Position numbers and translations under genes: made by a program. Shown piece after piece: positions 10,427-20,615 of a stretch of DNA of 64,000 nucleotides. Under the pieces are notes generated by a model that saw only the letters and a program-made list of their open reading frames with translations, did not search any database and was not told the DNA's origin. Within the stretch, counting starts at the first letter, position 1; each line of letters begins with the position of its first letter. The stretch comes from Promethearchaeota archaeon (GTDB lineage: Archaea > Asgardarchaeota > Lokiarchaeia > Sigyniarchaeales > SOKP01), in NCBI GenBank assembly GCA_019057795.1, contig JAHLWS010000070.1, positions 128,001 through 192,000 on the forward strand, in the 5' to 3' direction.

Positions 10427-10918
10427 ATGGAAAACAAACTATTCTTTGCTTTAAGAAAAGTAAAGGCTATTTCTGATTACCAATTTGGACAAACAGTAAC
10501 AAATATTCTATTTGAAAATGATAATAATATCCATATTGAATTTTCTAAAAAGACGGATAAAATAAAGCATATATATTACGATGAGAAACTTTTGCTAAAT
10601 TTGAGACCAACTAATGGATTCTTTACATTAAGTTTATTTGCAGCTAATAAAATAATTAAAAACATTTCAACACCGAGATTGAGAGCAGTCGTGTTGAATG
10701 ACATATCTGACTTTATTAAAAAAGGTCGTAACGTGTTTTGTAAACATGTTTTGGATATAGACGATAATTTAAGACCCTTAGATGAGATTATTGTTGTTAA
10801 TCAAAAGAATAACCTTTTAGCAATTGGAAAACTAGCGATCCCCATCCCTTATGTTCGAAGTTTTAAAACTGGAATCGCAATAAAAGTTCGGAAAGGAATC
10901 GATAAATCAAAATTATAA
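10427..10918 (+). CDS. PUA-domain protein (archaeosine TGT C-terminal-like)
   Basis: DYQFG, GRNVFCKHV..D..LRP.DE, LLAIGK, KVRKG. Confidence 0.8.
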   Translation: MENKLFFALRKVKAISDYQFGQTVTNILFENDNNIHIEFSKKTDKIKHIYYDEKLLLNLRPTNGFFTLSLFAANKIIKNISTPRLRAVVLNDISDFIKKGRNVFCKHVLDIDDNLRPLDEIIVVNQKNNLLAIGKLAIPIPYVRSFKTGIAIKVRKGIDKSKL

Positions 10919-10968
10919 GCCTTAATAAATTTTAATAATATATATAGTTAGGAGTTATTGAGAAAAAA

Positions 10969-11448
10969 ATGGTAAAATTACCAAAAGAGATGCAAAAAAG
11001 AGAAAACAGCAAACCTAAGCGCCCTCAAGCAACAAAAAAGAGAGAAGGGCAACAAATTGCTTCAAGACAAATGCGTCGCCGAATGCAACAGCAAGGAGTT
11101 GAAATGGATCAAATTAACGCTACTCGAGTAATAATAGAAGGAGTAGAAAAGACGCTCATAATTGATCAACCAGAGGTTGTTTTATTGAAGCAAATGGGAC
11201 AAGAAATCTATCAAATAATTGGTGAAGCACAAGAGTATTCTCCAGGGGATATTTTAATTGGAGAAAAGGAAGATGTTGAGACTACGGAACTTGTTGAAGA
11301 ATCTGAAACAAAACCAATTATTACTGAAAATGATATAATGCTAGTAGCAGCTCAAGCAAATGTCAATAAAGAAGAGGCGAACGCAGCATTAATTGATAGT
11401 GAAGGAGATATAGCAAAAGCTATTTTATTTCTGAAAAATAGACCTTAA
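10969..11448 (+). CDS. nac: Nascent polypeptide-associated complex protein
   Basis: RQMRRRMQQQG, IDQPEV, YQIIG, UBA-like DIMLVA..GDIAKAI. Confidence 0.9.
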   Translation: MVKLPKEMQKRENSKPKRPQATKKREGQQIASRQMRRRMQQQGVEMDQINATRVIIEGVEKTLIIDQPEVVLLKQMGQEIYQIIGEAQEYSPGDILIGEKEDVETTELVEESETKPIITENDIMLVAAQANVNKEEANAALIDSEGDIAKAILFLKNRP

Positions 11449-11533
11449 TTTACTATCAAATAAAATTAGTAAAAAAAAAGAATTAAGAATCATAAATCAT
11501 TCACTATTTTATAAACAATTTGGTAAGAATTAT

Positions 11534-11887
11534 ATGTCAAAAGTAAAGAAAAAACCTACTGGGCTACATGGAGGCTTATCCGAAGAAGAAGTAAAATTCG
11601 AAAAAATTATGCAATTTTCAGGTTGGATATTTTTAATCGCTCTAATTTTAGTAATGGGGGCGTTGATTATTTTCGATTCTGTATTAGGGTTAATTGAATT
11701 AGAATTAAATGCATCAACATTTACGTTAATTATTTTTTTCGGGACTAATTCTGCAATTAGTTTTGGATTAGCTACAAGAATTAAAAAAAATAGAGATCAA
11801 AAGAAGAAATTGTACTTTGATTGGTTAAAAGGCGAATTTCTATTTGGCATAATTGCTATTTTTGCTGTAGCTGTTTACCAATGGTAA
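11534..11887 (+). CDS. Hypothetical membrane protein (~3 TM)
   Basis: ATG ORF with three hydrophobic segments. Confidence 0.65.
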   Translation: MSKVKKKPTGLHGGLSEEEVKFEKIMQFSGWIFLIALILVMGALIIFDSVLGLIELELNASTFTLIIFFGTNSAISFGLATRIKKNRDQKKKLYFDWLKGEFLFGIIAIFAVAVYQW

Positions 11888-11921
11888 TCATTTTTTATTA
11901 CATTTCGATTACCAACTATAT

Positions 11922-12251
11922 TTATTTATAATCTTCTCTTGCTGGACTAAATACATCTATAACATCCGTATCTTCCAAAATTATCGCCCCGTGTTTTTCG
12001 TTAGAATCAAAAACATAACTATCTCCTTCTTTTGCTATAAATTCTTCATTTTCAGTAATAAATTTTAATTTGCCCTTTAACACATATCCAATTTGATGTT
12101 CTTTATGTGAATGTAAGGGAATTTGTGAGCCCTTAATTAGATTAAAATGGCATAACATCATATTCTTGTTATAGGCTAAAGTTTTTCTATATATTCCGTG
12201 TAAATTTTCTACTGAATCAACAGAATTTTTGCTTACGAGGTTTTTTCTCAT
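11922..12251 (-). CDS. Cupin-domain protein
   Basis: PLHSHKEHQIGYVLKG, GDS...H, DVFSPAREDY. Confidence 0.88.
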   Translation of the reverse strand: MRKNLVSKNSVDSVENLHGIYRKTLAYNKNMMLCHFNLIKGSQIPLHSHKEHQIGYVLKGKLKFITENEEFIAKEGDSYVFDSNEKHGAIILEDTDVIDVFSPAREDYK

Positions 12252-12675
12252 CTAAATAACACTTTTAATTTGATTTCATCGATTTTTTATTTAAATATAC
12301 TCATAGTCTTTAATTTTTAAATTTTATATATTCAATTGAAAATTACAAAATCAGTAAAGACGACATTAATTTATTTAAGGATAAAATAACGAGATTAAAT
12401 ATGGTTCTTTCGAATTTTTCTGAAAAAGTATGGTGTTTTCTGCGGTTTAGTTAACTGGTGTTTTAAATTTCAAATCAAGAGTTAATAAATTAAGTTTATA
12501 TTAGAAAAAAAAATACATTTTTATATCAAAAGAGGTAAAATATAAACGATAACAAATAATTATTAAGGGTATTGTTTCAGTTCATGGTGCCGACAAAAAC
12601 ATTTAGTTTTTAACCTGATAGTATACCTTTATCTCTTATTAGAATATTATAAATTAAAATTTGTGATGGATTGCT

Positions 12676-14805
12676 ATGGTCTTGATTCCAAAATCTGAAA
12701 CAACTGTTGTTAATAAAGGTTTAAGAAGTGGTTTTTTAAAAAATTTATTACCAAGAGTTTCCCGAACTGAAGGTGATGTAGTCCCTTTTGATCCTCTAAA
12801 AATAAAACAGAGTATTGTTAAAGAAACAGGGTTAAACGATAAAGTCGCTGATAGCATTACTGAATTAGCGGTTAGAAGAATTATATCCTCCGGTATAATG
12901 TTTCTTTCTGGTCCACACATTAGGGAAATAGTCTGTTCAATATTATCTGAACAACATTTTGAAGATGAACGAAAGCTATATACCAGAATAGGTATGCCGT
13001 TGATGGATTACGAAGCAATTTTAGAGAAGGGTGTGAATGAAAATGCTAATCAAGATATGAATCCTGAGAGCATCCATCATTGGGCTGCTAATAGAATATC
13101 TGACGAATATGCACTTTTAAGAATTTTAGATTCAGAAGAAGCACACGCTCATCTATATGGAGATATTCATGTACATATGCTCAGGTATTTTGATTTACGG
13201 CCTTTCTGCCAAGAATGGGACCCTCGTATGATTCTTGAGCATGGTCTTCCCCCTGTCGATAGTTGGGCTCATTGTAGCAAATCTGGTCCTGCAGGAAGTT
13301 TGCGAGTAGCTGTGACTCATCTTGCTAAATGGCTTGGGATTATTCAGGGCGAATTTAGTGGAGGACAGGGATATGATTATATAACCACTTTTTTAGCACC
13401 ATATGCTCGGGGCATTTCTAATAGAGAGATTGAGCAATCAATGCAATGCTTAATTTTTGAAACAAATCAAATTTTTGCTGCTCGGGGAGGACAGGTACCA
13501 TTTACATCAATATCGTGTACCCCAACTATACCTGATGGTTTATTAAATATTCCTGCTATTGGCCCTCATGGAAAAAATATTGGGATATATGGAGATTATA
13601 GAGAAGAATGTCTTAAACTTTTTGATGCTTTAACAGAAGTTTATATACAAGGAGATTATAACGGAAAACTATTTGCATTTCCAAAACATGAGGTAAAAAT
13701 AAAAAAAGAGTGGCTTAAAGAATTCGAACCATCTTACATTAAAATAATGGAAGAAGTAGCTACGATGGGGACTCCATATTTTCTAAACATGTGCCCAGAT
13801 TGGATGCCAGACGAAATTCATAGTCAATGTTGTAGAAAATTTCTAAGTGGCAATCAAATTATAAGTCAATGTATTGTAGATCCTGAAAAAAGGAAAAACT
13901 TCAACATATGGGAAAATTACGTTACCATTGGCTCACTTCAAAGTGTTAGTCTAAATTTACCTAGATATGCATATATGTCCAACAATGAAGACGATTACAT
14001 TAGGATTTTAGGGGAAAAAATGGAGCTTTCAGCTAGAATCCTAAAAAAAAAATGGGATTTAATGGAAAGGCGATTAAAAACAGGGCATCTACCCTTATGT
14101 AGTGGCAAAATTAATGGTGACCCAATTTTTAAATTGCGAGAGCAAAATCTTTCAATAGGTTTTACTGGCCTGAATGAAGCCGTAAAAAGTATGAGCGGCT
14201 TTGAATTGCATGAAAATGATACGGCATATAACCTCGGAAGAAGAATATTAGAATACATGGTTGCTAAGTGTAATACCATGACAGAAAGAGATGGGATTTC
14301 CTATTCACTTTGGGAACAGCCCTCAGAATCCAGTTCTGGGCGCTTTGCTAAATTAGATTTGAAACATTTCCCAAAGAAAGCCATACCTCAGTCATCAGGT
14401 AAATCTGCTTATTATACAAACTCAGGTCATTTTCGGTATGATGCAGATATACCGTTATCTGAAAGAATTCGAAAACAGGGAGATTATCATCCTATTGTAA
14501 ATGGAGGAGTAATTACACACATTTGGTTAGGAGAACAAAAACCGGACATTCATGCTCTTTGGGAACTCACGAAAAATATTTGTCTTAATACAAATACTGC
14601 ATATTTTGCATATACTACAGATTTTATATATTGTCCATCCTGTCGTAAGATGTATCGAGGAAGTCAATTTACGTGTCCTCAATGTTATTCTGAAGATGTG
14701 AAAGTATATTCAAGAGTTACGGGATATTACAGTGAAGTAAATAGATATAATTTAGGAAAAAGAGCAGAATGGGAAGCAAGAAAACGAGAAAATTTATTTA
14801 TATAA
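12676..14805 (+). CDS. nrdD: Anaerobic (class III) ribonucleoside-triphosphate reductase with N-terminal ATP cone
   Basis: ATP cone, NENAN, YYTNS, CxxC-CxxC, glycyl-radical SRVTGYY. Confidence 0.95.
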   Translation: MVLIPKSETTVVNKGLRSGFLKNLLPRVSRTEGDVVPFDPLKIKQSIVKETGLNDKVADSITELAVRRIISSGIMFLSGPHIREIVCSILSEQHFEDERKLYTRIGMPLMDYEAILEKGVNENANQDMNPESIHHWAANRISDEYALLRILDSEEAHAHLYGDIHVHMLRYFDLRPFCQEWDPRMILEHGLPPVDSWAHCSKSGPAGSLRVAVTHLAKWLGIIQGEFSGGQGYDYITTFLAPYARGISNREIEQSMQCLIFETNQIFAARGGQVPFTSISCTPTIPDGLLNIPAIGPHGKNIGIYGDYREECLKLFDALTEVYIQGDYNGKLFAFPKHEVKIKKEWLKEFEPSYIKIMEEVATMGTPYFLNMCPDWMPDEIHSQCCRKFLSGNQIISQCIVDPEKRKNFNIWENYVTIGSLQSVSLNLPRYAYMSNNEDDYIRILGEKMELSARILKKKWDLMERRLKTGHLPLCSGKINGDPIFKLREQNLSIGFTGLNEAVKSMSGFELHENDTAYNLGRRILEYMVAKCNTMTERDGISYSLWEQPSESSSGRFAKLDLKHFPKKAIPQSSGKSAYYTNSGHFRYDADIPLSERIRKQGDYHPIVNGGVITHIWLGEQKPDIHALWELTKNICLNTNTAYFAYTTDFIYCPSCRKMYRGSQFTCPQCYSEDVKVYSRVTGYYSEVNRYNLGKRAEWEARKRENLFI

Positions 14806-14851
14806 TTTTTCTTTTTTAATTTCTTAAATATTTTTGAATCTTACTAAATAT

Positions 14852-15169
14852 ATGAACAAAAAATTATCGCTTAAAGAATTTCAACAACAAATTGACGAGT
14901 GGATTCTCAATCACGGTGGTTATTGGCCTCCTCTTTCTATGCTCGGTGCAATTATAGAAGAAGTAGGAGAATTAGCAAAAGAAATCAACCATCTTGAAGG
15001 GTTCAAACCAAAGAAGTCTGACGACGCAAAATTAGATATTGGTGAAGAGCTCGCAGATGTCATTTTTGCGACAATCTGTGTTGCTAACCATTACAAAGTA
15101 AATATGAATTGGGAATTAGCTAAGGTTATTGAAAAATATGCAACAAGAGATTCAAAGAGATTTTTATAA
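14852..15169 (+). CDS. MazG-like nucleotide pyrophosphohydrolase
   Basis: YWPPL, EEVGELAKE, EELADV, RD..RF. Confidence 0.88.
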   Translation: MNKKLSLKEFQQQIDEWILNHGGYWPPLSMLGAIIEEVGELAKEINHLEGFKPKKSDDAKLDIGEELADVIFATICVANHYKVNMNWELAKVIEKYATRDSKRFL

Positions 15170-15307
15170 TAAAAAAGAAGAGCACAAATTTTTAAACAAT
15201 TTTATTGAGAAAACTCTTTCAATTTGAAAAATTTTAATCCTTTTATGCGTTTTATTTTTTTAAAACATCGGTAATGATAATAATAACTATTAATTTATAA
15301 TAAAAAG

Positions 15308-16483
15308 ATGCTAGAAGAAGGATTAGAGAAACAAGAAATACTCAAATTACTTGAGAAAAAGTTAGAGAAAGATCTTTCGTACGATTCAGGCTTTATTTTA
15401 GGGTCTATGTGCACAGAACCTTTAGATTTCGCTAAGGAAATTTATATTAAATATATTTCTAAAAATTTAGGAGATCCCGGATTATTTTTAGGGACTGCAA
15501 CCTTAGAAGACGAATTAGTACTTGAAATTGGTGAGTTATTTGGAAATAAAGATATAATCGGAACATTTACTACTGGGGGTTCAGAAGCTAATTTAATCGC
15601 CATGAGGATTGCTAAAAAATTACGACCTGAAATAAAAAATCCCGAAGTTGTAGTTTCGACTTCAGCTCATATTTCTTTCGATAAAGCAGCCGATATATTG
15701 GACATTAAACTTAGGAAGGTACAATTAAGAGAGAATTTTGAATTAGATTTAAACCATTTCGAATCTCTTATCAATAAAAATACTTGCGGAGTTGTTGGAA
15801 TTGCAGGTACAACCTCGTTAGGTTTAATTGACCCAATCGAAGATATGGGTAAAATTATCGAAGGAGAGAATATTTTCTATCATATTGATGCCGCTTTTGG
15901 GGGATTTGTGTTACCATTTCTAAAAAAACTAAAGTATAAAATTCCTCCATGGGATTTCTCAGTAAAGCCTGTAAGTTCAATTACAGCGGATCCCCATAAA
16001 ATGGGTTTAGGTGTAATACCTTCCGGGGGATATTTCGTTAAAGATGCGTCTATATTACAAAAAATTGGTTTTGAGATTCCTTATTTAGCAGGAGGAAATT
16101 TTAAGCACTTTCATATGGTTGGAACTAGACCAGGAGGTCCAATTATCGCATTTTGGGTAATTTTGAGAGCTTTAGGTATTAACGGTTTTATTGAGATGGT
16201 AAAAAAATGTATGGATAATACTAAATATTTAGTAAAAAGAATATCTGAAATTAATGGGATAACATTAGCGGCTAACCCCGTTATGAACGTAGTAGGGATA
16301 ACAACAGAGAATGGAGAAAGTATATGTGAAATTGATGATGCATTACGTAATAATAAGTGGATGTTAGGTAAATTTATAGATTTTAATTTAATTAGAGTTG
16401 TTCTAATGCCACATGTAAAAAGAGACCATATATCTAATTTTACTTCTGATTTAGAAAAAATAGTAAAAAAACTAAATTTATAA
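15308..16483 (+). CDS. mfnA: L-tyrosine/L-aspartate decarboxylase MfnA (group II PLP)
   Basis: LGSMCTEP, NLGDPGLF, GGSEAN, HIDAAFGG, DPHKMG, GTRPG. Confidence 0.9.
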   Translation: MLEEGLEKQEILKLLEKKLEKDLSYDSGFILGSMCTEPLDFAKEIYIKYISKNLGDPGLFLGTATLEDELVLEIGELFGNKDIIGTFTTGGSEANLIAMRIAKKLRPEIKNPEVVVSTSAHISFDKAADILDIKLRKVQLRENFELDLNHFESLINKNTCGVVGIAGTTSLGLIDPIEDMGKIIEGENIFYHIDAAFGGFVLPFLKKLKYKIPPWDFSVKPVSSITADPHKMGLGVIPSGGYFVKDASILQKIGFEIPYLAGGNFKHFHMVGTRPGGPIIAFWVILRALGINGFIEMVKKCMDNTKYLVKRISEINGITLAANPVMNVVGITTENGESICEIDDALRNNKWMLGKFIDFNLIRVVLMPHVKRDHISNFTSDLEKIVKKLNL

Positions 16484-16604
16484 TAAATTTAGTTAAATAA
16501 AAATTTTATAATATCCATCAGAAATATATTTATAAACCAAAAAGTAATTTAATAATTTATATAGATTTATTAGGGTTTAATCTCTCTTAAGAAATGAAAT
16601 AGGA

Positions 16605-17477
16605 ATGGGAAAAGAAAAAAAAAAATCACTTGGAATAAAGACAACAAGATATTTTACTAAAACTTGTACTAAATGTAAGTTTGAATACCCAAATTGGTTT
16701 ACGAATTGCCCTAAATGTGGTGCTGCTTGGGATTCTGTAGAAGCAGAAAAGACTACTGGTGCAAAGGAGGCGCTAAAGAAAACAATAAAAATTGTTGTTA
16801 AAATAACAGAAGAAGATTTTAATAATACATTAGAGAGAGTTAAATTAATTTTTAGCGCTGATCAAGGCCGATCTTGGTATCAAATGGAAATGGAGAACCA
16901 ATTGGACTTTTTTATAGCAGAAATCACTGATGTTCCTGTTGGATCTGTTATTATTTATTACATTGAAGTTATATTAATTCATGGTGAGCAAGTTATTGAA
17001 AATAATGAGGGCAATTATTTTCATTATAAAGTTGGCGTACCTATCGAAGATTTAGAAAAAGATCAACAAATTTCTAAAGGAAAAATCGTAAATCATGCGA
17101 AAAAACAACTAAATAAAGCTGTAAATGAATATAACGAGGTTTTAGAAGATTTTACTATAGCGAAAACACAAAACACAAATGATTTAGTCCAAAAACCACC
17201 GAAACCACAACCTGAATATTTTAAACCTAAATCAGAATCGAATGCAAATTCAAAAAAGGAAATGATTGACAACTCAACTGGAATCTCTCAAATTTTTATT
17301 AATAAACCTAGTATGCAACCATCTCAGCATCCAAAAGAATATAGAGCTGAAGATAATATTACTATCTTTGGAAAACTTCAGACTAAAATTGATCCAGATT
17401 TAAAAATATGTCCTCATTGTAATTCTAGAATCAAAATAATATGGAGCACATGCCCCATCTGTGGTAAGAATCTTTAA
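16605..17477 (+). CDS. Protein with N- and C-terminal Zn ribbons and central beta-sandwich-like domain
   Basis: CTKC-x10-CPKC; SADQGRSW...YYIEV...NEGNYF; CPHC-x10-CPIC. Confidence 0.75.
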   Translation: MGKEKKKSLGIKTTRYFTKTCTKCKFEYPNWFTNCPKCGAAWDSVEAEKTTGAKEALKKTIKIVVKITEEDFNNTLERVKLIFSADQGRSWYQMEMENQLDFFIAEITDVPVGSVIIYYIEVILIHGEQVIENNEGNYFHYKVGVPIEDLEKDQQISKGKIVNHAKKQLNKAVNEYNEVLEDFTIAKTQNTNDLVQKPPKPQPEYFKPKSESNANSKKEMIDNSTGISQIFINKPSMQPSQHPKEYRAEDNITIFGKLQTKIDPDLKICPHCNSRIKIIWSTCPICGKNL

Positions 17478-17503
17478 AATATTATTTTAAAATTAAATAA
17501 AAA

Positions 17504-19267
17504 TTACAATTTACTACCACACTTATTACAAAACGCATAATCAGAGGATAAAATTGCCCCACATTGTTCGCAAACTAAGAGATCTTTAGATTTTGGCTCT
17601 TTTTTCTCTTCTTGAACAGTTTGGGTAGAAGTAATAGTTGTAAACTTACTATGTTCGCTTTCAATATCCGCAACATTAGGGATTATTCTCAGTTTAGATT
17701 TTTCTTCTTCTTCAGATTTTTTGGTTGCACTAAATAGTATGAAGGGAGTACTTTGATCAATAGAATTTTCTTCAAATTTTTGAGTGAGTGTTTGAAATAG
17801 TGAACTTGCTTCAGGTGTCGTGTCTAAAGGAGGAGTGGGAGGGATTGATTTTGAAGTTTTATGTTCAATTTGTTTTTCTTTCTTTTCCTTCTTTTCTTTC
17901 TTTAATGTTTTCATATCCTCAAGTAATTTTTCTTGCTTCTCCCGAGCTTCGAGGATTTTCTTTTCTTTTTCTTGTTTCTTTTTTTCTTTAGCAAGTTTTT
18001 TCATATCTTTTTTAGATAAAATAGTTTGAGGCATATAATCGATTAGTGATTCTGAAGAGGGTTGAGTAAGTGAAGTTTGAAAAAGTGGAGTTACGCTTGT
18101 TGGTTCTGCTTTTGATTCCGGAGTAGGCTCAAATGTCATAGAAGCAGGTTGAGGTTTGGGTGGTTCCTCTCTTTTCATTACGCGAAATGGTGTCTGAGTT
18201 GAAGGAACTACTTCCGATTTTTCAGATTTAATTGTTTGAAATTCCTTGGGTGGAGTTGCCGGCACTGGAATATTTGACGAAAATGGTATTGTTTGGGGTT
18301 TATAAACTTCACTTTCAACAGTTGAGGATTCTGGAAATATTGAAGGAAGTATTTCAGGTTCTGATTTCTCAGTTTTTTGAAGCAAAATTTCATCAGGCGT
18401 TTTAAATTCAATTTCTGTTGGTTCGGGCATTGATATTTCTGGTTCTGGTTGAGGTTCAAATGTTGGAAAAGGTTCGGGAACGGGGGGCGCCTCATATTCA
18501 ACCTCTGGTTCTGATTCGAAGGATGACATTTGTTCTGTCGATTTTATAGAGGGGGGTTCTGGAACAGGTGGAGCCTCAAATTCAATTTCAGGCTCGGGTT
18601 TAAAAGATTGTATTGGCTCAGGAACGGGTGGTGCTAAATATGCGTCTGTAGGTTCAGAAGGAGTTTCGCTAGGCGGAGGTGAGGGGGCGTCTCCTGGTGT
18701 AAAGACAGTTGCATTGGCGAGAAATTGTTCAGGTACACCTTGTCCTATCATTAGACAAGCAAGAATATAAAAACAATCTCCAACTCCATCACCTGTTTTA
18801 GCTGAAGTCTCCATATAATACAAGTTAAAATCTCTTGTAAACTTACTAATTTCTTCAATTGAAACTGCTCTTTGATCAATCAAATCACTCTTATTCCCAA
18901 CAAGTAATATAGGGATGTCAGTTTTGATATTAGCTCTAACTTCTTCAATCCATTGAGGTAAATGTTCAAAACTTGCAGAATTAGTAAGATCAAAAACTAA
19001 TACCGTACCTAATGAACCTCGATAATACATTGGTCTTATGGAACTAAAACGTTCTTGACCGCCTGTATCCCAAAGTTGAAGTTTACACTTAATAAGCCCT
19101 TCCGCCGTCTCTATTGCTATTGTTTTGACATGAAAATCAACACCAATCGTCATCTTGTAATCTTCTGTAAAGAATCCCTTTGAAAATCGAAGAGTTAGAG
19201 CAGTTTTACCAACTCCACCATCTCCTACCACGATTGATTTAAAAAGATAATCATACTCTTCAACCAT
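17504..19267 (-). CDS. Rab-like small GTPase with long Pro/Glu-rich tail and C-terminal Zn ribbon
   Basis: GDGGVGKT, TIGVDF, WDTGGQERF, YYRG, GNKSDL, ETSAK; CEQC-x10-CNKC. Confidence 0.92.
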   Translation of the reverse strand: MVEEYDYLFKSIVVGDGGVGKTALTLRFSKGFFTEDYKMTIGVDFHVKTIAIETAEGLIKCKLQLWDTGGQERFSSIRPMYYRGSLGTVLVFDLTNSASFEHLPQWIEEVRANIKTDIPILLVGNKSDLIDQRAVSIEEISKFTRDFNLYYMETSAKTGDGVGDCFYILACLMIGQGVPEQFLANATVFTPGDAPSPPPSETPSEPTDAYLAPPVPEPIQSFKPEPEIEFEAPPVPEPPSIKSTEQMSSFESEPEVEYEAPPVPEPFPTFEPQPEPEISMPEPTEIEFKTPDEILLQKTEKSEPEILPSIFPESSTVESEVYKPQTIPFSSNIPVPATPPKEFQTIKSEKSEVVPSTQTPFRVMKREEPPKPQPASMTFEPTPESKAEPTSVTPLFQTSLTQPSSESLIDYMPQTILSKKDMKKLAKEKKKQEKEKKILEAREKQEKLLEDMKTLKKEKKEKKEKQIEHKTSKSIPPTPPLDTTPEASSLFQTLTQKFEENSIDQSTPFILFSATKKSEEEEKSKLRIIPNVADIESEHSKFTTITSTQTVQEEKKEPKSKDLLVCEQCGAILSSDYAFCNKCGSKL

Positions 19268-19506
19268 ATCAGTCTACCATAACTATAATTAATAATTATT
19301 TCTTTATCCTATTGTTATTTATTCAAATTTCAGTGTATTATTATAATTAATAAAAATTTAATTAATTATACTTTTGGAAAAATTTCAAATATTCAGTTAA
19401 ATTTACTATAGAATTAGTGTTGGTTAATAGATTGATCTGAATAAGGATTTATTAGATATAATATTCTAAACATAAAAAATTAGGTATTTACCTAAAAAAT
19501 AAATAA

Positions 19507-20394
19507 TTATTCCTGTATTTTATTAGATTCTTCTTCGATTTCAACACTTTCAAACCATTTATTAATCTCATCCAAGTTTTGCTGCGGAAAGTCGTAAGAG
19601 TGTTCTATATCGGGGTATAATCCCTTTTCTACCTCATTTTTATAACTTTCTAAAGCATTTCGGACTGAGCTTCCAATATCAGCAAAGTATTTGAGAAATT
19701 TTGGCTTAAAGTCAGTAAAAAGCCCTAACATATCATTTATAACTAAGATTTGACCATCACAATAAGACCCCGCACCAATACCAATAGTAGGGACATTCAC
19801 AGTTTTTGTTATTAATTTGGCAATTTGCCAAGGAATGCTCTCTAACACTATAGAAAAAACACCCGTTTTTTCTAAATTTTTAGCATCAATTATTAACTTT
19901 TTTGCGGTTTCTACTGTTTTTCCTTGAACTAAGAAACCGCCAAATTCATATATAGCTTGAGGAGTAAGCCCAATATGCCCCATCACTTGTATATCTGCAT
20001 CAATAATTGCTTTTATCGTAGGACAAATCTTTGTTCCGCCCTCAACTTTGACGGCTTCAGCGCCACCTTCTTGAATAAACCTTCCAGCGTTTTTCACAGC
20101 TTCTATAATATCAATCTTATACGATAAAAAAGGCATATCCGCAACTATCATAGCATTCGAAACTCCACGTGCCACTGCTTTAGTATGGTGAATCATTTCG
20201 TCCATCGTAACTGATAATGTATTCTTATACCCAAGCACTACCATGGAAAGAGAATCGCCTACGAGAATTAAGTCAATTCCGCAATCATCAACGATTTTGG
20301 CAAATGAATAATCATATGATGTAATAGTTACTATTTTTTCCCCGCTTTTTTTTTTTTCAATTATTTTTTTAGCAGTTATTTTTTGTAGCGCCAT
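19507..20394 (-). CDS. panB: 3-methyl-2-oxobutanoate hydroxymethyltransferase
   Basis: TSYDY, LVGDSL, DMPF, VKVEGG, GHIGLTPQ, CDGQILV. Confidence 0.96.
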   Translation of the reverse strand: MALQKITAKKIIEKKKSGEKIVTITSYDYSFAKIVDDCGIDLILVGDSLSMVVLGYKNTLSVTMDEMIHHTKAVARGVSNAMIVADMPFLSYKIDIIEAVKNAGRFIQEGGAEAVKVEGGTKICPTIKAIIDADIQVMGHIGLTPQAIYEFGGFLVQGKTVETAKKLIIDAKNLEKTGVFSIVLESIPWQIAKLITKTVNVPTIGIGAGSYCDGQILVINDMLGLFTDFKPKFLKYFADIGSSVRNALESYKNEVEKGLYPDIEHSYDFPQQNLDEINKWFESVEIEEESNKIQE

Positions 20395-20469
20395 ATATGA
20401 AGTAACCCCATAATTTAGAAAAATGTTTTGTTTATTTATAAGCATATGATTAGAAAGTATAAAAATATT

Positions 20470-20545
20470 AGGGACAGAGGGGAGTTTTGAATGCCTAATA
20501 ACAACTGTACGGGATGTCGCTCCATCATTCTACAACTCAAACAAT
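20470..20545 (-). other. Intergenic GC-richer hairpin upstream of panB (candidate structured RNA)
   Basis: Minus-strand stems GAGTT/AACTC, GAATG/CATTC, AGCGAC/GTTGTT with G-U pairs. Confidence 0.35.
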
Positions 20546-20615
20546 TTAAAAATTAAAAAGGAGCAAAAAAAGGGTTTATTTGAAATAAGATAAAGTTATA
20601 ATATCTTCTTTTAAA

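Noticed and set aside
2307-14805. Inteins in rpoB or nrdD
   Set aside because: Normal lengths; no intein splice or LAGLIDADG motifs seen
20470-20545. SECIS element or C/D box sRNA
   Set aside because: ATGA is present on the minus strand but there is no opposing GA or CTGA box, and no in-frame TGA selenoprotein candidate nearby
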